Shown in pieces: positions 42,020 through 53,155 of a DNA stretch of 64,000 nt. Within the stretch, counting starts at the first letter, position 1; each line of letters begins with the position of its first letter. A program made the position numbers and the translations under genes. Location of the stretch: NCBI GenBank assembly GCA_948444845.1, contig CAOJVB010000001.1, positions 7,665 to 71,664 of the forward strand, read 5' to 3'. This DNA comes from an uncultured Clostridiaceae bacterium (GTDB lineage Bacteria; Bacillota; Clostridia; TANB77; CAG-508). Below the pieces are notes generated by a model. The model ran no database searches and was not told the DNA's origin. It saw only the letters and a list, made by a program, of their open reading frames with translations.

Positions 42020-43288
42020 TTATTCTTCATCATTTTCGTCAAATACATCACCACAGTTTGCACAGAATTTTGGTGGTACTGTTTTATCCTTTGGTTCCCA
42101 ACCACATTTATCACATTTATATGTTGCTGGCCTTTTACTTCCACATTCTGTACAGAATTTACCTGTATTTTTTTCTCCACATTTACATGTCCATTCTTTT
42201 GAAGTTTGTTCTTTATTTTCTGTTTTTAGTTCTTCTTCTTTTTTAGAGCTTTCATTTTCTGCTACATTTTCTTTTCCTTCTTGGTCCATTGCAAATAGAG
42301 TATTTGCGTCTATTCCTCCAGCTTTACTTGCCATATTCATTCCTGCAAATGCAAACATTGGACCAGTAGCTGTGTTTGAAGCTGCACTTTTCATTGCTTC
42401 TGCTTGTGCTTCTACTATTGTTGCTGCTGCCATTTTAGGATTTCCTATAACTGCTCTTCTTTGAAGCTCTTTTATCATGTTTTCATCTTCTTCAGATGCA
42501 TTTACTGAGTTTACACCTATTGAAACAATTTCTATTCCTCTTGTTTCTTGCCATTTGCGTGATAATACTTCATTTAATGCTTCTGCAAATTCCATTGTAT
42601 GACCAGGAAGGCTACTATACCTTACTCCCATTTCTGAAACTTTTGCAAATGCTGGTTGAAGTGCTGTTAAAAGTTCTGTTTTTAATTGGCTTTCTATTGT
42701 TTCTTTTATATATTTATCTTGTACATTTCCACATACATTTGTGTAGAATAACATTGGGTCTACTATTTTGTATGAATATTCTCCATTACAACGAATTGCT
42801 ATATCTACATCTAAACCTATGTTTTTGTCTACTACTCTAAATGGCACTGGGCTTGGTGTTCCATATTTGTTCCCTACTATTTCTTTTGTGTTAAAATAGT
42901 ATACTCTTTGGTCATTTGCCACTCCTCCACCTGTTGTAAAACGTTTTCCCATTGTTTTAAATGTATTAATTATTCCTTTACCTAAGCCTCCTACAAAAAT
43001 ACTTGGCTCTGTTTCATTATTATATATGAATTCTCCAGCTTCTGCACAAAGGTCAACTACTTTTCCTTGTTCTACAATTATCATACATTGACCTTCATTT
43101 ACAGCAATTACTGAACCATTTGAAATTATATTATCTGTACCTTTTGTGTTTGAACTTCCTCCTGTTACTCTTTTCTTTCCTTTTACTACTAAAACATTTG
43201 ATTCTAAGCTATCACAATAAAAATACTCTTTCCATTGATCTGCTAAAGTCGTTTTTACAGCTTCACTGCCTGCTTTTATTAATCCCAT
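42020..43288 (-). CDS. SPFH (band-7) domain protein with C-terminal zinc-ribbon repeats
   Basis: SPFH core and CKCGEKNTGKFCTECG...CDKCGW...CANCG zinc ribbons. Confidence 0.65.
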   Translation of the reverse strand: MGLIKAGSEAVKTTLADQWKEYFYCDSLESNVLVVKGKKRVTGGSSNTKGTDNIISNGSVIAVNEGQCMIIVEQGKVVDLCAEAGEFIYNNETEPSIFVGGLGKGIINTFKTMGKRFTTGGGVANDQRVYYFNTKEIVGNKYGTPSPVPFRVVDKNIGLDVDIAIRCNGEYSYKIVDPMLFYTNVCGNVQDKYIKETIESQLKTELLTALQPAFAKVSEMGVRYSSLPGHTMEFAEALNEVLSRKWQETRGIEIVSIGVNSVNASEEDENMIKELQRRAVIGNPKMAAATIVEAQAEAMKSAASNTATGPMFAFAGMNMASKAGGIDANTLFAMDQEGKENVAENESSKKEEELKTENKEQTSKEWTCKCGEKNTGKFCTECGSKRPATYKCDKCGWEPKDKTVPPKFCANCGDVFDENDEE

Positions 43289-43763
43289 ATTATCTCTTCC
43301 TTTCGTGTTTGATTAATTATATGATATCAAAGATAATAAAAATACGCAACTATTTTTTCCCTTAAAAAATTTTCCAATTATTTTACATACTTAATAAATT
43401 CATATCTAGTATGATTTCTAGGCCAGTCTTTTATCTCTGCAATTAGCTGAAAATTTTGCTTTTCATAAAAGCCTTTTTTTCTATATAGCTTATTTGTATT
43501 CTATATATTAAACACACCATACTTATTATTTTATCTTTTGATATTCTCTTTTTGTTTTATTCAAGTCAATTATATGTATTTCTAACTTATATGTCAATAT
43601 GAATTTTGTTTTAAATTTAGGTACATTCTAATGTTAAATAGAAATATCTTTAGAGCAATAACTTTTTTGCCAAAAGTGGATTTGTTTGCTATTTAAAACC
43701 GAAATTAACTATTATCAATATGTTTAGAAAAAATACCAAACTCATACCTTAGTTGAAGTCAAG

Positions 43764-43792
43764 TTGACATATTACATAATTTGGTATATAAT
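43764..43792 (+). promoter_or_regulatory. Sigma-A-type promoter TTGACA-17-TATAAT for gene 43847
   Basis: Consensus hexamers with 17-bp spacer. Confidence 0.6.
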
Positions 43793-43846
43793 ATAAAAAG
43801 TTATAAAGTAAATAATAATCAAATTCTTAATTAAGGAGGTTATTTT

Positions 43847-44191
43847 ATGAGAAAAATAATTAATTTAACAGTTAGCACTTGTCCATTAGATGTCCTTTCT
43901 AAAATGGGCGAGGAAATACGAGGTGCCAAAATATTATTTTCTTTGTCAGCATTTGACAGATTAATTCAAACAGCTAACAAGATTGAAAAAATTTTGGACT
44001 CATATTTTCTTTCTTGGGATGCTACTGAATGCTTTCCTCAAACTACTGTAATTACAGAAGCAGAATATCTTAATGATACCGATTATACTGGTTATGTATA
44101 TCATGCAGTATATATTAATGCTTCAGACATATGTTTTCGGACACAGTGGGAGGATTGCTGTAACGAGTACCTTCTTATATTAAAAGAGTAA
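43847..44191 (+). CDS. Hypothetical protein (114 aa). In-frame CGG at 44138 gives an alternative C-terminus
   Basis: AAGGAGG RBS. Confidence 0.5.
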   Translation: MRKIINLTVSTCPLDVLSKMGEEIRGAKILFSLSAFDRLIQTANKIEKILDSYFLSWDATECFPQTTVITEAEYLNDTDYTGYVYHAVYINASDICFRTQWEDCCNEYLLILKE

Positions 44192-44203
44192 TTTTTCCAA
44201 ACA

Positions 44204-44240
44204 TTAAAGAGCCAAATGTTAACTTACATTGGCTCTTTAA
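44204..44240. terminator. Bidirectional hairpin terminator
   Basis: ttaaagagccaaatgtt..aacattggctctttaa. Confidence 0.65.
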
Positions 44241-44255
44241 TATTTGCTTATCACT

Positions 44256-44753
44256 TTAATTAAAATAATGACTAGTTTCTTCTAACTTGCTAAACTCATT
44301 TTGCCTTAAAACCTCATATACTACAATTGCTACAGAATTTGATAAATTTAAGCTTCTTAATGTTGGAAGCATTGGTATTCTTATCGTTTTTTCTATGTAT
44401 TTTTGCAGAATATCTTCTGGAAGTCCTTTTGTTTCTTTTCCAAATAGTAAGAACACTTCATCTAAATTAGAATAATTTGCATCTGAATAACAGGTTTGAC
44501 CTTTTGTAGTTACGAAAAACATATTGTTTTCTTCTGGTTTATATTTTTCTAAAAAGCTTTTAAATGACTTATGATTTTCTATTTCTAGTTTATCCCAATA
44601 GTCTAATCCTGCTCTTTTTAAGGTTTTGTCTGTTATTTCAAAACCTAATGGTTCTACTAAATGTAGTTTTGCTCCTGTTGCTGCACATGTTCTCGCTATA
44701 TTTCCTGTATTTTGTGGTATTTCTGGTTCTACCATAACTATGTTTACTTTCAT
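44256..44753 (-). CDS. trmL: tRNA (cytidine34/uridine34-2'-O)-methyltransferase TrmL (SpoU family)
   Basis: MKVNIVMVEPEIPQNTGNIARTCAATGAKLHLVEPLGF. Confidence 0.8.
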   Translation of the reverse strand: MKVNIVMVEPEIPQNTGNIARTCAATGAKLHLVEPLGFEITDKTLKRAGLDYWDKLEIENHKSFKSFLEKYKPEENNMFFVTTKGQTCYSDANYSNLDEVFLLFGKETKGLPEDILQKYIEKTIRIPMLPTLRSLNLSNSVAIVVYEVLRQNEFSKLEETSHYFN

Positions 44754-44798
44754 TTTCTTTCCCTCACTATTTATTTTTCACTATTAATTATATTTCAG

Positions 44799-44847
44799 GC
44801 ACAGTGGTGTCATGTCCTACGATGTATTCCCACAAACGGTGCCCCTA
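44799..44847. repeat. REP-like long variant
   Basis: ggcacagtggtgtcatgtcc...aaacggtgcccctac. Confidence 0.55.
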
Positions 44848-45540
44848 CTTCTTCCAAACTCTATGTATGTTTTCTTTTTCCTTTTCTTGTAGGCATTTGA
44901 ACATATCTATGTCTAACTTATTACATACAGAAGCTAGTACATATAAACAGTCTGATACTTCGCTTTCTATTGAATCGTAACTATATTGTTTATTTATGTC
45001 TGTACTCATATTAGTAGCATTTTTTCTGATTGACTTTGCAAGTTCTCCTATTTCTTCTGTTAATAATAACATTCTTTCTTCAATAGGTTGTTCTTCAAAA
45101 CCTCTTACTGTATTTACTGCTTTTATATATTTTTGCACCTCTCTTAAACTGTCTGTATCTTTTAAGTTATCCCATAATGCTTGTTGCTTGTTTTCTTTAT
45201 TTTTATCTTCTATTTCATTATTATTTTTTTCTTCTACTTCTACTAAATATAGTTTTTCTTCAAATCCACCTTTTTTTGATTTCTTTTCTAATCGTACTTT
45301 TTCTATTTCCTTTTCAGTTAGATTATAGCTTTTTTTAATTGCTTCTACAACTTCCATTAAATCTGCCATTTCTTCTATGCTATGGTCTGCTATAAATTCA
45401 TTTGCTTCTTCTAATAATTTCTTATCTAATTCTTTTTTATATTCTTCTTCACTTAATACATAATAATTGCACTTTTTCCCTAATGATTCTATATTTTGTG
45501 GTATTTTATCTCTTACTAATTTATTATATTTATAAATCAT
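44845..45540 (-). CDS. MazG-like nucleotide pyrophosphohydrolase (COG4997 N-domain plus MazG domain)
   Basis: YKYNKLVRDKIP N-motif, EEIGELAKSIRK MazG motif. Start at MIYKYNK, which has a GGAGGG RBS. Confidence 0.6.
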   Translation of the reverse strand: MIYKYNKLVRDKIPQNIESLGKKCNYYVLSEEEYKKELDKKLLEEANEFIADHSIEEMADLMEVVEAIKKSYNLTEKEIEKVRLEKKSKKGGFEEKLYLVEVEEKNNNEIEDKNKENKQQALWDNLKDTDSLREVQKYIKAVNTVRGFEEQPIEERMLLLTEEIGELAKSIRKNATNMSTDINKQYSYDSIESEVSDCLYVLASVCNKLDIDMFKCLQEKEKENIHRVWKK

Positions 45541-45670
45541 ATTTTTTCCCTCCATGACTTGCATTATATTCTATAAAAATAAAAAAGTCAATATTTTGCG
45601 AATTTTTGTTTGACAAGTTTGAGGTTTCGTGTTATATTATTTATACAAACATTTGAGTGAAAAAACAACA

Positions 45671-45770
45671 GTGGCTTCGCCACGTGGGCGGACACAAGGC
45701 CACGCCCTTACATTAAAATCGATTTTTCCTATTCAATAAAAAAGCAGGCACGGTACCCCGTGCCCCATAA
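45671..45770. repeat. Two adjacent REP elements (long variant with aaaatcgatttttcc module, then short ggcacggtaccccgtgcccc)
   Basis: gtggcttcgccacgtgggcggacacaaggccacgcccttac... Confidence 0.6.
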
Positions 45771-45822
45771 GGTGAAAATTGAATGACAATTTTTCCCACA
45801 TAATAAAAAAGAGGTTGATTTT

Positions 45823-47162
45823 ATGGATATATTAGAAAAACTAACAATACTTGCTGACTCTGCAAAATATGATGCTTCTTGTAGCTCTTCTGGAAGCAAG
45901 AGGGCAAATACAAAAGGTGGAATTGGAAATGGAGATGTTTCTGGCATTTGCCATAGCTGGGGTGCTGATGGTAGATGTATTTCTCTTCTTAAAATTTTGA
46001 TGAGTAACGCCTGTATTTATGATTGTAAGTATTGTATTAACAGATGTAGTAATAGTGTAAAAAGAGCTACTTTTACCCCAAGAGAAATTGCTGATTTAAC
46101 AATCCAGTTTTATAAACGTAATTATATAGAAGGGTTATTCTTAAGCTCTGCTGTTATAAAGAATCCTGACTTTACTATGGAAAGGTTATATGAAACTGTA
46201 CTTATTTTAAGAAAAGAATATAAATTCAATCGGCTACATTCATGTAAAAACTATACCTCGGTTCAAGTAAAGAACTTATTGATAAATTAGGGGTTTTAGT
46301 AGATAGAACTAGTATTAATATTGAACTACCTTCTAATGATAGTTTAAAATTATTAGCTCCTCAAAAGGAAAAGACTGGCATTGTTACTCCAATGAAGTAT
46401 ATTTCTCAAAATATTGCAATTTCTAAACAAGAAAAGTCTATATATAAAGAAAAGTTTGTACCTGCTGGGCAAACAACTCAATTAATTGTAGGTGCAACAC
46501 CTGAAACAGACTTAAAAATTATGAAGTTATCTGAAAGTTTATATAATAGCCTAAATTTAAAACGTGTATATTATTCTGCTTATGTATCAGTTAATAATGA
46601 TGAAAACTTGCCTGCTTTGGAGGCTCCACCTCTTCTTCGTGAAAATAGGTTATACCAAGCAGATTGGCTTTTACGTTTTTATGGTTTTAAAATTGATGAC
46701 TTATTAGATGAAAGTCACCCTAATTTTCATACATTGTTAGACCCTAAGTGTGACTGGGCACTTCGCCATTTAGAGAACTTCCCTGTTGAAATAAATAAGG
46801 CAGACTACAATACACTTTTAAAAGTTCCTGGTATTGGTGTAATTTCAGCAAAACGCATTATTACTGCTAGAAGAGAATTTAATTTAAACTTTGAAAACTT
46901 AAAAAAGCTTGGCATTGTACTTAAACGTGCTCGTTATTTTATTACCTGTAACGGAAAATATTTTGACTCTATTAAAAGTTTTAATCAGAATTTTATTACT
47001 GAGAACTTACTTTTTTTAGAAAGATTATCTACACCCCAATCAAATTATATACAAACTTCACTGTTCGATACTTTGCCTAAAGCACAAGAACTTTCTTATA
47101 ATTTTGATAAACTTTTGCCTACAAAGGAGGACAAACAAAAATGTTTAACTGGAATGTTATAA
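45823..47162 (+). CDS. Putative DNA modification/repair radical SAM protein (TIGR03916-like), two CGG +1 sites
   Basis: CxxxCxxC (CIYDCKYC). In-frame CGG at 46231-46233 and 46259-46261. Successive +1 shifts give KFNGYIHVKTIPGSSKELIDKLGVLVDRTSINIELPSND, joining ORFs 45823..46290 and 46392..47162. Confidence 0.75.
46231..46233 (+). other. In-frame CGG recoding site (rSAM, first)
   Basis: aat CGG cta -> NGYIH. Confidence 0.7.
46259..46261 (+). other. In-frame CGG recoding site (rSAM, second)
   Basis: cct CGG ttc -> PGSSKE. Confidence 0.7.
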
Positions 47163-47899
47163 ACAAAACTTATGTATATGATGGTACTTTTGAAGGCCTT
47201 CTTAGTATGGTTTTCGATTGTTATATAAAAAAAGTAATTCCTTTAAGGATTGTTTCTAAAAATACATTAGAAATTAATTTTTTAGACTCTATAGAAGAAA
47301 TTAAAACAGATAATATAAAAGCTAAAAGAATTTTTGATGGGATGCATAAAAATATCTCTTATGATACCTTATATAATAGTTATTATGCATTCCTTTCAGA
47401 GGCAAAAGAAAAAGAAATAAATATATTAAAATATATTTTAAATGGCTTTGTAATTGGACCTAAAATAAATACTATGCTTTCTTTAGATTTTGTTTTTGCT
47501 GTATGTTCTATGCGAAAAAGAATGTTAGGAGAAGCTCATAGATTTAAAGGTCTACTTCGTTTTTCTGAAATAGGTAGCAATTTATTTTATGCATCTATTC
47601 ATCCAGACAATAATATATTAGAAAATTTAGGTCATCATTTTATAAGAAGATTGCCTACTCAAAACTTCATTATACATGATAAAAATAGAAATATCGCTTT
47701 TTTATATAATACTAAAGAGTATAAAATTATTGATAGTTCTTGTATTGTTATTCCAAATATTTCGAAGGGTGAAAGAAAATATCAAGAACTATGGACAGCA
47801 TTTTTTAAAACAATTGCTATAAAAGAAAGGAGTAATTCAAGGCTTCAAATGCAGTATATGCCCAAAAAATATTGGCAGGATTTGACTGAACTTCAGTAA
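47141..47899 (+). CDS. TIGR03915/DUF4130 family putative DNA metabolism protein (partner of the radical SAM protein)
   Basis: YVYDGTFEGLLS N-motif. Overlaps the rSAM stop by 22 nt. Confidence 0.65.
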   Translation: MFNWNVINKTYVYDGTFEGLLSMVFDCYIKKVIPLRIVSKNTLEINFLDSIEEIKTDNIKAKRIFDGMHKNISYDTLYNSYYAFLSEAKEKEINILKYILNGFVIGPKINTMLSLDFVFAVCSMRKRMLGEAHRFKGLLRFSEIGSNLFYASIHPDNNILENLGHHFIRRLPTQNFIIHDKNRNIAFLYNTKEYKIIDSSCIVIPNISKGERKYQELWTAFFKTIAIKERSNSRLQMQYMPKKYWQDLTELQ

Positions 47900-48022
47900 A
47901 TATTATTGAATTATAACTCTATATTGACCTATAACTATCTGTAAACTTTACTTTATACATGCTATATTTACTAGAAAGGTTAATAATTTACAAACCTTTA
48001 TGATTGTAAATCTCATTAATCT

Positions 48023-48061
48023 AATATTTCTAATGCATATTAAAAATATATTAGAAATATT
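48023..48061. promoter_or_regulatory. Inverted-repeat operator candidate upstream of the XRE regulator
   Basis: aatatttctaat..N15..attagaaatatt. Confidence 0.4.
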
Positions 48062-48094
48062 CTTATAGTATATGTAAAAGGAATGGTGGTAATA

Positions 48095-48445
48095 ATGGCA
48101 ATAGATTTTAATGTGATTGGAAAACGTCTAAAAGAAATTAGAAAACAAAAAGGCTTAACTCAAGAACAATTAGTAGAAAAAATGGGTGTTTCTATTGCCT
48201 ATCTTAGTAAGGTTGAAACTGGTAAAGTTCATATAAATTTAGAGAGATTATCCCAGATATGTGGAATTTTAAATGTTTCAGAAGGTAAAATATTAAATGG
48301 AACTTCCAATAGTTCAGAATTATATTTGAATTCTGAGTTTAATGCTCTTCTAAGAAAATGTTCTCCTAAACAATTAAAACTTGCTTATAAAATTTTGCGG
48401 TTCTATTTTGGAAGAAGATATCTAGAGCCATTTGAAACACTGTAA
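48095..48445 (+). CDS. XRE-family helix-turn-helix transcriptional regulator
   Basis: LTQEQLVEKMGVSIAYLSKVETGK HTH. Start at MAIDF with RBS. Confidence 0.75.
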   Translation: MAIDFNVIGKRLKEIRKQKGLTQEQLVEKMGVSIAYLSKVETGKVHINLERLSQICGILNVSEGKILNGTSNSSELYLNSEFNALLRKCSPKQLKLAYKILRFYFGRRYLEPFETL

Positions 48446-48454
48446 GCCAATGGG

Positions 48455-48545
48455 GAGCCAATGTGGATGGAGATTTTGAAGCCATTGGCTTCAAAATCTC
48501 CGTCCACATTGGCTTCAAATGCACAGGAATAGCAATTCCTGTGCA
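48455..48545. terminator. Two consecutive long hairpins between convergent genes
   Basis: gccaatgtggatggagattttgaagccattggc / complementary arm, then tgcacaggaatagcaattcctgtgca. Confidence 0.6.
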
Positions 48546-48562
48546 TTGGTAGTTTCTGTTTA

Positions 48563-49678
48563 TTATCTAATATTACGTATATAAAATTCACGTATTTTAT
48601 CTTTTATTTTCTCTGAAGAATTTATGCAGTAAATTTCATTTACAGTCTTTATACTATATGTATCTATTTTCTCTACACTATACATATTTAATTTTTTTAC
48701 AATTCTATATACATATAGTGTAACACTCTTTTTGTTCTTCTTAACTAAGTATACAATATCTCCTTCCATGCAGTCTTGTCTTCTTATAAAATCTCCATTT
48801 CGTTCTAAGCATATATATGATTTACCTAGTTGCTTATTTGAATATATCCTTCTGTTTTTTATATATAGCTCTTCTTGGTCTTGCTCACCTTCCTCATAAT
48901 CTCCAGCATCTAGTAAAAAGCATATTTGTCTTTTTACTTCTACTGGCAAATTTGCCTTTTTCAAGCTTTCTATTATAGGCTTTCTTAACGATATTGCTTC
49001 AATATGCTGTGCATAATCTTTACATTCAATGCTTGCTATTTCAAATACTGCTAAATTTACTGTTTCATTACCTTCTTTTACCCGTATAATGGTATCTCCA
49101 ATGTTTAACTCTATATTCCTTTCTATACTAAATTTTATAACTTTTCCATACCTAATTATAATAATTTTAAAGTTTGGATCGAGTAAATTTTGCCTTAAAA
49201 TTAGCAATTTATCATTTTTGTATGTAACACCTTTCACATTGCAACTGGATTTCCTATTTTTTCCTTCCTCACTTTTTTTATTTATTTTGCATTGTTTACT
49301 TATTTTTGGAAAAATATATGGAATTCCATGTGCTTTTGCCTTAGCACATAAGTAATTATCACAGGTTAATATCGTTACTTCATTATGCCAAATACAATAA
49401 TCAATGATATTATCATCATTGTACCTGTAATTTTCATACTTTGATATGCAGATGTATTTTTTACTTTTAGTGTCTTGTCTTATTTTCTTACCAATATAAC
49501 GGACATTTATTCCATATTGTTCTTCATTATCCTTATTCTTGTCTAGCTCTCTAATAGTACCTGTAAGAACAATAACCTTTTCGGCATTTTCAATTATTTC
49601 TATTGCTTCTTGTGATTTTAAAGCACAAGCATCTAAAATAATTGTCCGCCCCATATTTTTTAATTGCTGATTAATCAT
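48563..49678 (-). CDS. PIN-domain (PhoH-N-like) protein with uncharacterised C-terminal region. Carries an in-frame CGG at codon 11
   Basis: MGRTIILDACAL...VLTGTIRELDK PIN signature. CGG at 49646-49648. A +1 shift there would terminate after 14 aa. Confidence 0.55.
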   Translation of the reverse strand: MINQQLKNMGRTIILDACALKSQEAIEIIENAEKVIVLTGTIRELDKNKDNEEQYGINVRYIGKKIRQDTKSKKYICISKYENYRYNDDNIIDYCIWHNEVTILTCDNYLCAKAKAHGIPYIFPKISKQCKINKKSEEGKNRKSSCNVKGVTYKNDKLLILRQNLLDPNFKIIIIRYGKVIKFSIERNIELNIGDTIIRVKEGNETVNLAVFEIASIECKDYAQHIEAISLRKPIIESLKKANLPVEVKRQICFLLDAGDYEEGEQDQEELYIKNRRIYSNKQLGKSYICLERNGDFIRRQDCMEGDIVYLVKKNKKSVTLYVYRIVKKLNMYSVEKIDTYSIKTVNEIYCINSSEKIKDKIREFYIRNIR

Positions 49679-49893
49679 AAAGTTTTCCTCCTTTTTTTTG
49701 AATTAAATACTAAACAACAACTACCCTCCTTTTCATATAAATTTTAATATGATTAATAATTTATCAATAATCCCATTATATCGCAAGTCAACATAATTGT
49801 AAACTTTTTTTGTATTTTTCTAATATTTGTTTTATACCTTCATAATAGAAATTGACAAAATCATTTAGTAAAAATTTATTTAACCAGAAAGTT

Positions 49894-49926
49894 GTTTCGC
49901 CATGTGGGCGATTAAAATCGCCCCTA
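49894..49926. repeat. REP-like element upstream of pflB
   Basis: gtttcgccatgtgggcgattaaaatcgcccctac. Confidence 0.55.
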
Positions 49927-50067
49927 CATATGTATTTTTATATTAGCTATGCATTGTAATGTTTAGTTTTATTTTCGATAAATTTTAAATTAAAAATTAT
50001 TGAAAATAAAACTAAACTATGTTAATATTAAAAGCGATAGAATAATATTTAAAGGAGGTTTTTATCC

Positions 50068-52302
50068 ATGGATTTTAAGCAATGGGAAAATTTTAACAAA
50101 CTTGGTGAATGGACTAAAGAAATTGATGTTAGAGGTTTCATTCAAGCAAACTACACTCCATATGAAGGAGATGATTCTTTTTTAGCAGGAGCTACTGAAA
50201 GAACAAACAAATTATGGAATGAAGTTTTAGAACTTTATAAAAAAGAAAGAGAAAATGGAGTACTTGATGTAGATACTAAAACTCCATCTGCTGTAAATGC
50301 ATATGATGCAGGTTATATCAATAAAGAATTGGAGCAAATTGTAGGTCTTCAAACAGACGCACCACTAAAGCGAGCAATTATGCCAAATGGTGGTATTAAA
50401 ATAGTTGAAAAATCTTGTGAATCTTATGGTTATAAAGTAGATGAAGAAACTGATTACATTTATAATAATTTAAGAAGAACTCATAATGATGGTGTATTTA
50501 GTGTATATACACCAGATATTAGAGCTGCTAGAAGCTCACACTTAATAACAGGTCTTCCAGATGGATATGGACGTGGAAGAATTATTGGTGATTATAGACG
50601 TATTGCTCTATATGGAGTAGACGCTTTAATTAATGAGAAAAAGAAAGATTTAGAAGTATTAGATGTAGATGAATTTACTGAAGAAGTAATACGTGCACGT
50701 GAAGAAATTCATGACCAAATAATTGCTTTAGAAGACTTAAAGAAAATGGCTGCAAAATACGGTTTTGATATATCTGTTCCAGCTTCAAATGCAAAAGAGG
50801 CTGTTCAATGGTTATACTTTGGATATCTTGCTGCAACAAAAGACCAAAATGGTGCTGCTATGAGTTTAGGTAGAACTTCTACTTTCTTAGATATTTATAT
50901 TGAAAGAGATTTAAAAAACGGAAGTTTAACTGAGGAAGAAGCACAAGAATTAATGGATCATTTTGTTATGAAATTACGTATGATTCGTTTCTTACGTGCT
51001 CCAGAATATAATGAATTATTTAGTGGAGACCCAGTTTGGGTAACAGAAAGCATTGGTGGTATGGGAGTTGATGGAAGAACTTTAGTTACTAAAAACTCTT
51101 ACAGAATGCTTCATACATTAGTTAACTTAGGACCTGCCCCAGAACCAAACTTAACAGTTTTATGGTCAAAAGATTTACCAGAAAACTTCAAAAAATACAC
51201 ATCAAAAATATCAATTCAAACATCTTCTATTCAATATGAAAATGATGACTTAATGAGAACTACTGTTGGAGATGACTATGGAATTGCTTGTTGTGTATCT
51301 GCAATGAAAATTGGTAAACAAATGCAATTTTTCGGTGCAAGAGCTAACTTAGCAAAAGCTTTACTTTATGCTATTAATGGTGGTAGAGATGAAAACAGTG
51401 GAAAACAAATTACACCTAAGTTTGAACCTATAACTTCAGAATACTTAAATTATGAAGAAGTTGCTGAAAAATTTGATAACATGATGGATTATGTAGCAAA
51501 AATTTATATTAAAGCATTAAATGCTATTCACTATATGCATGACAAATATTCATATGAAGCATTAGAGATGGCTCTACATGATAAAGAAATATTAAGAACA
51601 ATGGCATGTGGAATTGCTGGACTTTCAGTAGTAGCAGATTCACTTTCTGCAATAAAATATGCAAAAGTAAAAGTTATTCGTGATGAAACAGGCTTAGCAG
51701 TAGACTATGAAATAGAAGGAGATTTCCCAAAATACGGAAATGATGATGACCGTGTAGATGAAATTGCAGTAGAGGTTGTAAAAACATTTTTACGTAAGTT
51801 ACAAAAACATGTTACTTATAGAAATTCAAAACATACATTATCAGTACTTACTATTACATCAAACGTAGTTTATGGAAAAGCAACAGGAAATACACCAGAT
51901 GGAAGAAGAGCTGGAGTTCCTTTTGGACCAGGTGCAAACCCATTACATGGTAGAGATACAAATGGAGCAGTTGCCGTAATGAACACAATTGCAAAATTAC
52001 CATATGAATATTCAGAAGATGGAATATCATACACATTCTCAATTACACCAGGAACACTTGGAAAAGAGTTAGATACACAAGTAGATAACTTAGTAAGTTT
52101 ATTAGATGGATACTTTAAACAAACTGGACACCACATAAATGTTAACGTATTTGATAGGGCCTTACTAGAAGACGCAATGGAACACCCAGAAAAATACCCA
52201 CAACTAACAATTCGTGTATCTGGTTATGCAGTAAACTTTATAAAATTAACTAGAGAACAACAATTAGATGTTATTAATAGAACTATACATGAGAAATTTT
52301 AA
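50068..52302 (+). CDS. pflB: Formate C-acetyltransferase (pyruvate formate-lyase)
   Basis: 744 aa, glycyl-radical motif RVSGYAV, active-site CC. AGGAGG RBS. No in-frame CGG. Confidence 0.92.
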   Translation: MDFKQWENFNKLGEWTKEIDVRGFIQANYTPYEGDDSFLAGATERTNKLWNEVLELYKKERENGVLDVDTKTPSAVNAYDAGYINKELEQIVGLQTDAPLKRAIMPNGGIKIVEKSCESYGYKVDEETDYIYNNLRRTHNDGVFSVYTPDIRAARSSHLITGLPDGYGRGRIIGDYRRIALYGVDALINEKKKDLEVLDVDEFTEEVIRAREEIHDQIIALEDLKKMAAKYGFDISVPASNAKEAVQWLYFGYLAATKDQNGAAMSLGRTSTFLDIYIERDLKNGSLTEEEAQELMDHFVMKLRMIRFLRAPEYNELFSGDPVWVTESIGGMGVDGRTLVTKNSYRMLHTLVNLGPAPEPNLTVLWSKDLPENFKKYTSKISIQTSSIQYENDDLMRTTVGDDYGIACCVSAMKIGKQMQFFGARANLAKALLYAINGGRDENSGKQITPKFEPITSEYLNYEEVAEKFDNMMDYVAKIYIKALNAIHYMHDKYSYEALEMALHDKEILRTMACGIAGLSVVADSLSAIKYAKVKVIRDETGLAVDYEIEGDFPKYGNDDDRVDEIAVEVVKTFLRKLQKHVTYRNSKHTLSVLTITSNVVYGKATGNTPDGRRAGVPFGPGANPLHGRDTNGAVAVMNTIAKLPYEYSEDGISYTFSITPGTLGKELDTQVDNLVSLLDGYFKQTGHHINVNVFDRALLEDAMEHPEKYPQLTIRVSGYAVNFIKLTREQQLDVINRTIHEKF

Positions 52303-52344
52303 AAAATACCAAGACTTCAAACTGAAGTCTTGGTATTTTTTGGC
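52303..52344 (+). terminator. Rho-independent terminator of pflB
   Basis: aataccaagacttcaaactgaagtcttggtatt plus T-run. Confidence 0.8.
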
Positions 52345-52563
52345 TCATAAATTTTAATCTTCACAAAGTGCATATGGCAAATGCCCCTAAAAAATAAAAG
52401 AAAGTTGCCATTACAATATCAAATGAAATAGGACATAAATATTTCATTACTATTGCTACTATTGCATATCCTATTGTAAGTTTTATCACTTTCTTAATCC
52501 GTTCTTTCTTAAGCTTTTTTCCTCCATGATAATTACTTTTTTATGATAATATTCAATTTTTTA

Positions 52564-52938
52564 TTATTTTTTAGAATGCTTATCCTTAAGATATGCTTCA
52601 TATGAATACTGGCGTTTTTCTACTTTTGGATGTGAACGCAAATCAATCTCGAAACCATCAAATATATTTTCTTTCGAAAAATCCCCACAAAATCTAAAGA
52701 TAATTTCTCCTTCATCATTTATAATGAAAACTTTGCAATTCTCAAATCCAGTTTCCTTAACTTCAAATTCTGCTCTTGGGTACATTGTTCCTTTTTCATA
52801 ATGCATATCATGCCAGTCATGAGCTAAAACTACCTCTACTGCCTTTTCGCAAGCTGCTAACATTTTTTCATCTTTTGCTTCCTCTACTTGCCAATAAGTT
52901 ACGAAACCATCTGTGTCATAAATATTGTTTTTTTCCAT
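52564..52938 (-). CDS. Hypothetical small protein (124 aa), paralog of 55039..55386
   Basis: Shared ACEKAVEVVLAHDWHDM region and a conserved 130-bp leader with promoter. Confidence 0.55.
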   Translation of the reverse strand: MEKNNIYDTDGFVTYWQVEEAKDEKMLAACEKAVEVVLAHDWHDMHYEKGTMYPRAEFEVKETGFENCKVFIINDEGEIIFRFCGDFSKENIFDGFEIDLRSHPKVEKRQYSYEAYLKDKHSKK

Positions 52939-53155
52939 ATTTTTTACCTCCTACCATTTGGTTTTGTATTGTTAATAAGTTACTATTATCTATATTAACC
53001 TGCTAAATATTGCATACAGGAGATTTTTCTATAAAATTCATATTATATATTAACATAATTTTTTTATAATTTCAACCCATTTTGCTTATTTTCTTTAAAT
53101 ATTCCCTATCTTCTATTTTAGAAATTGCAAAACATTTCTTGCCTAGGTCTTTTAG

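Noticed and set aside
48403-48591. 62-aa minus-strand ORF
   Set aside because: Spans the two terminator hairpins between convergent genes. Spurious.
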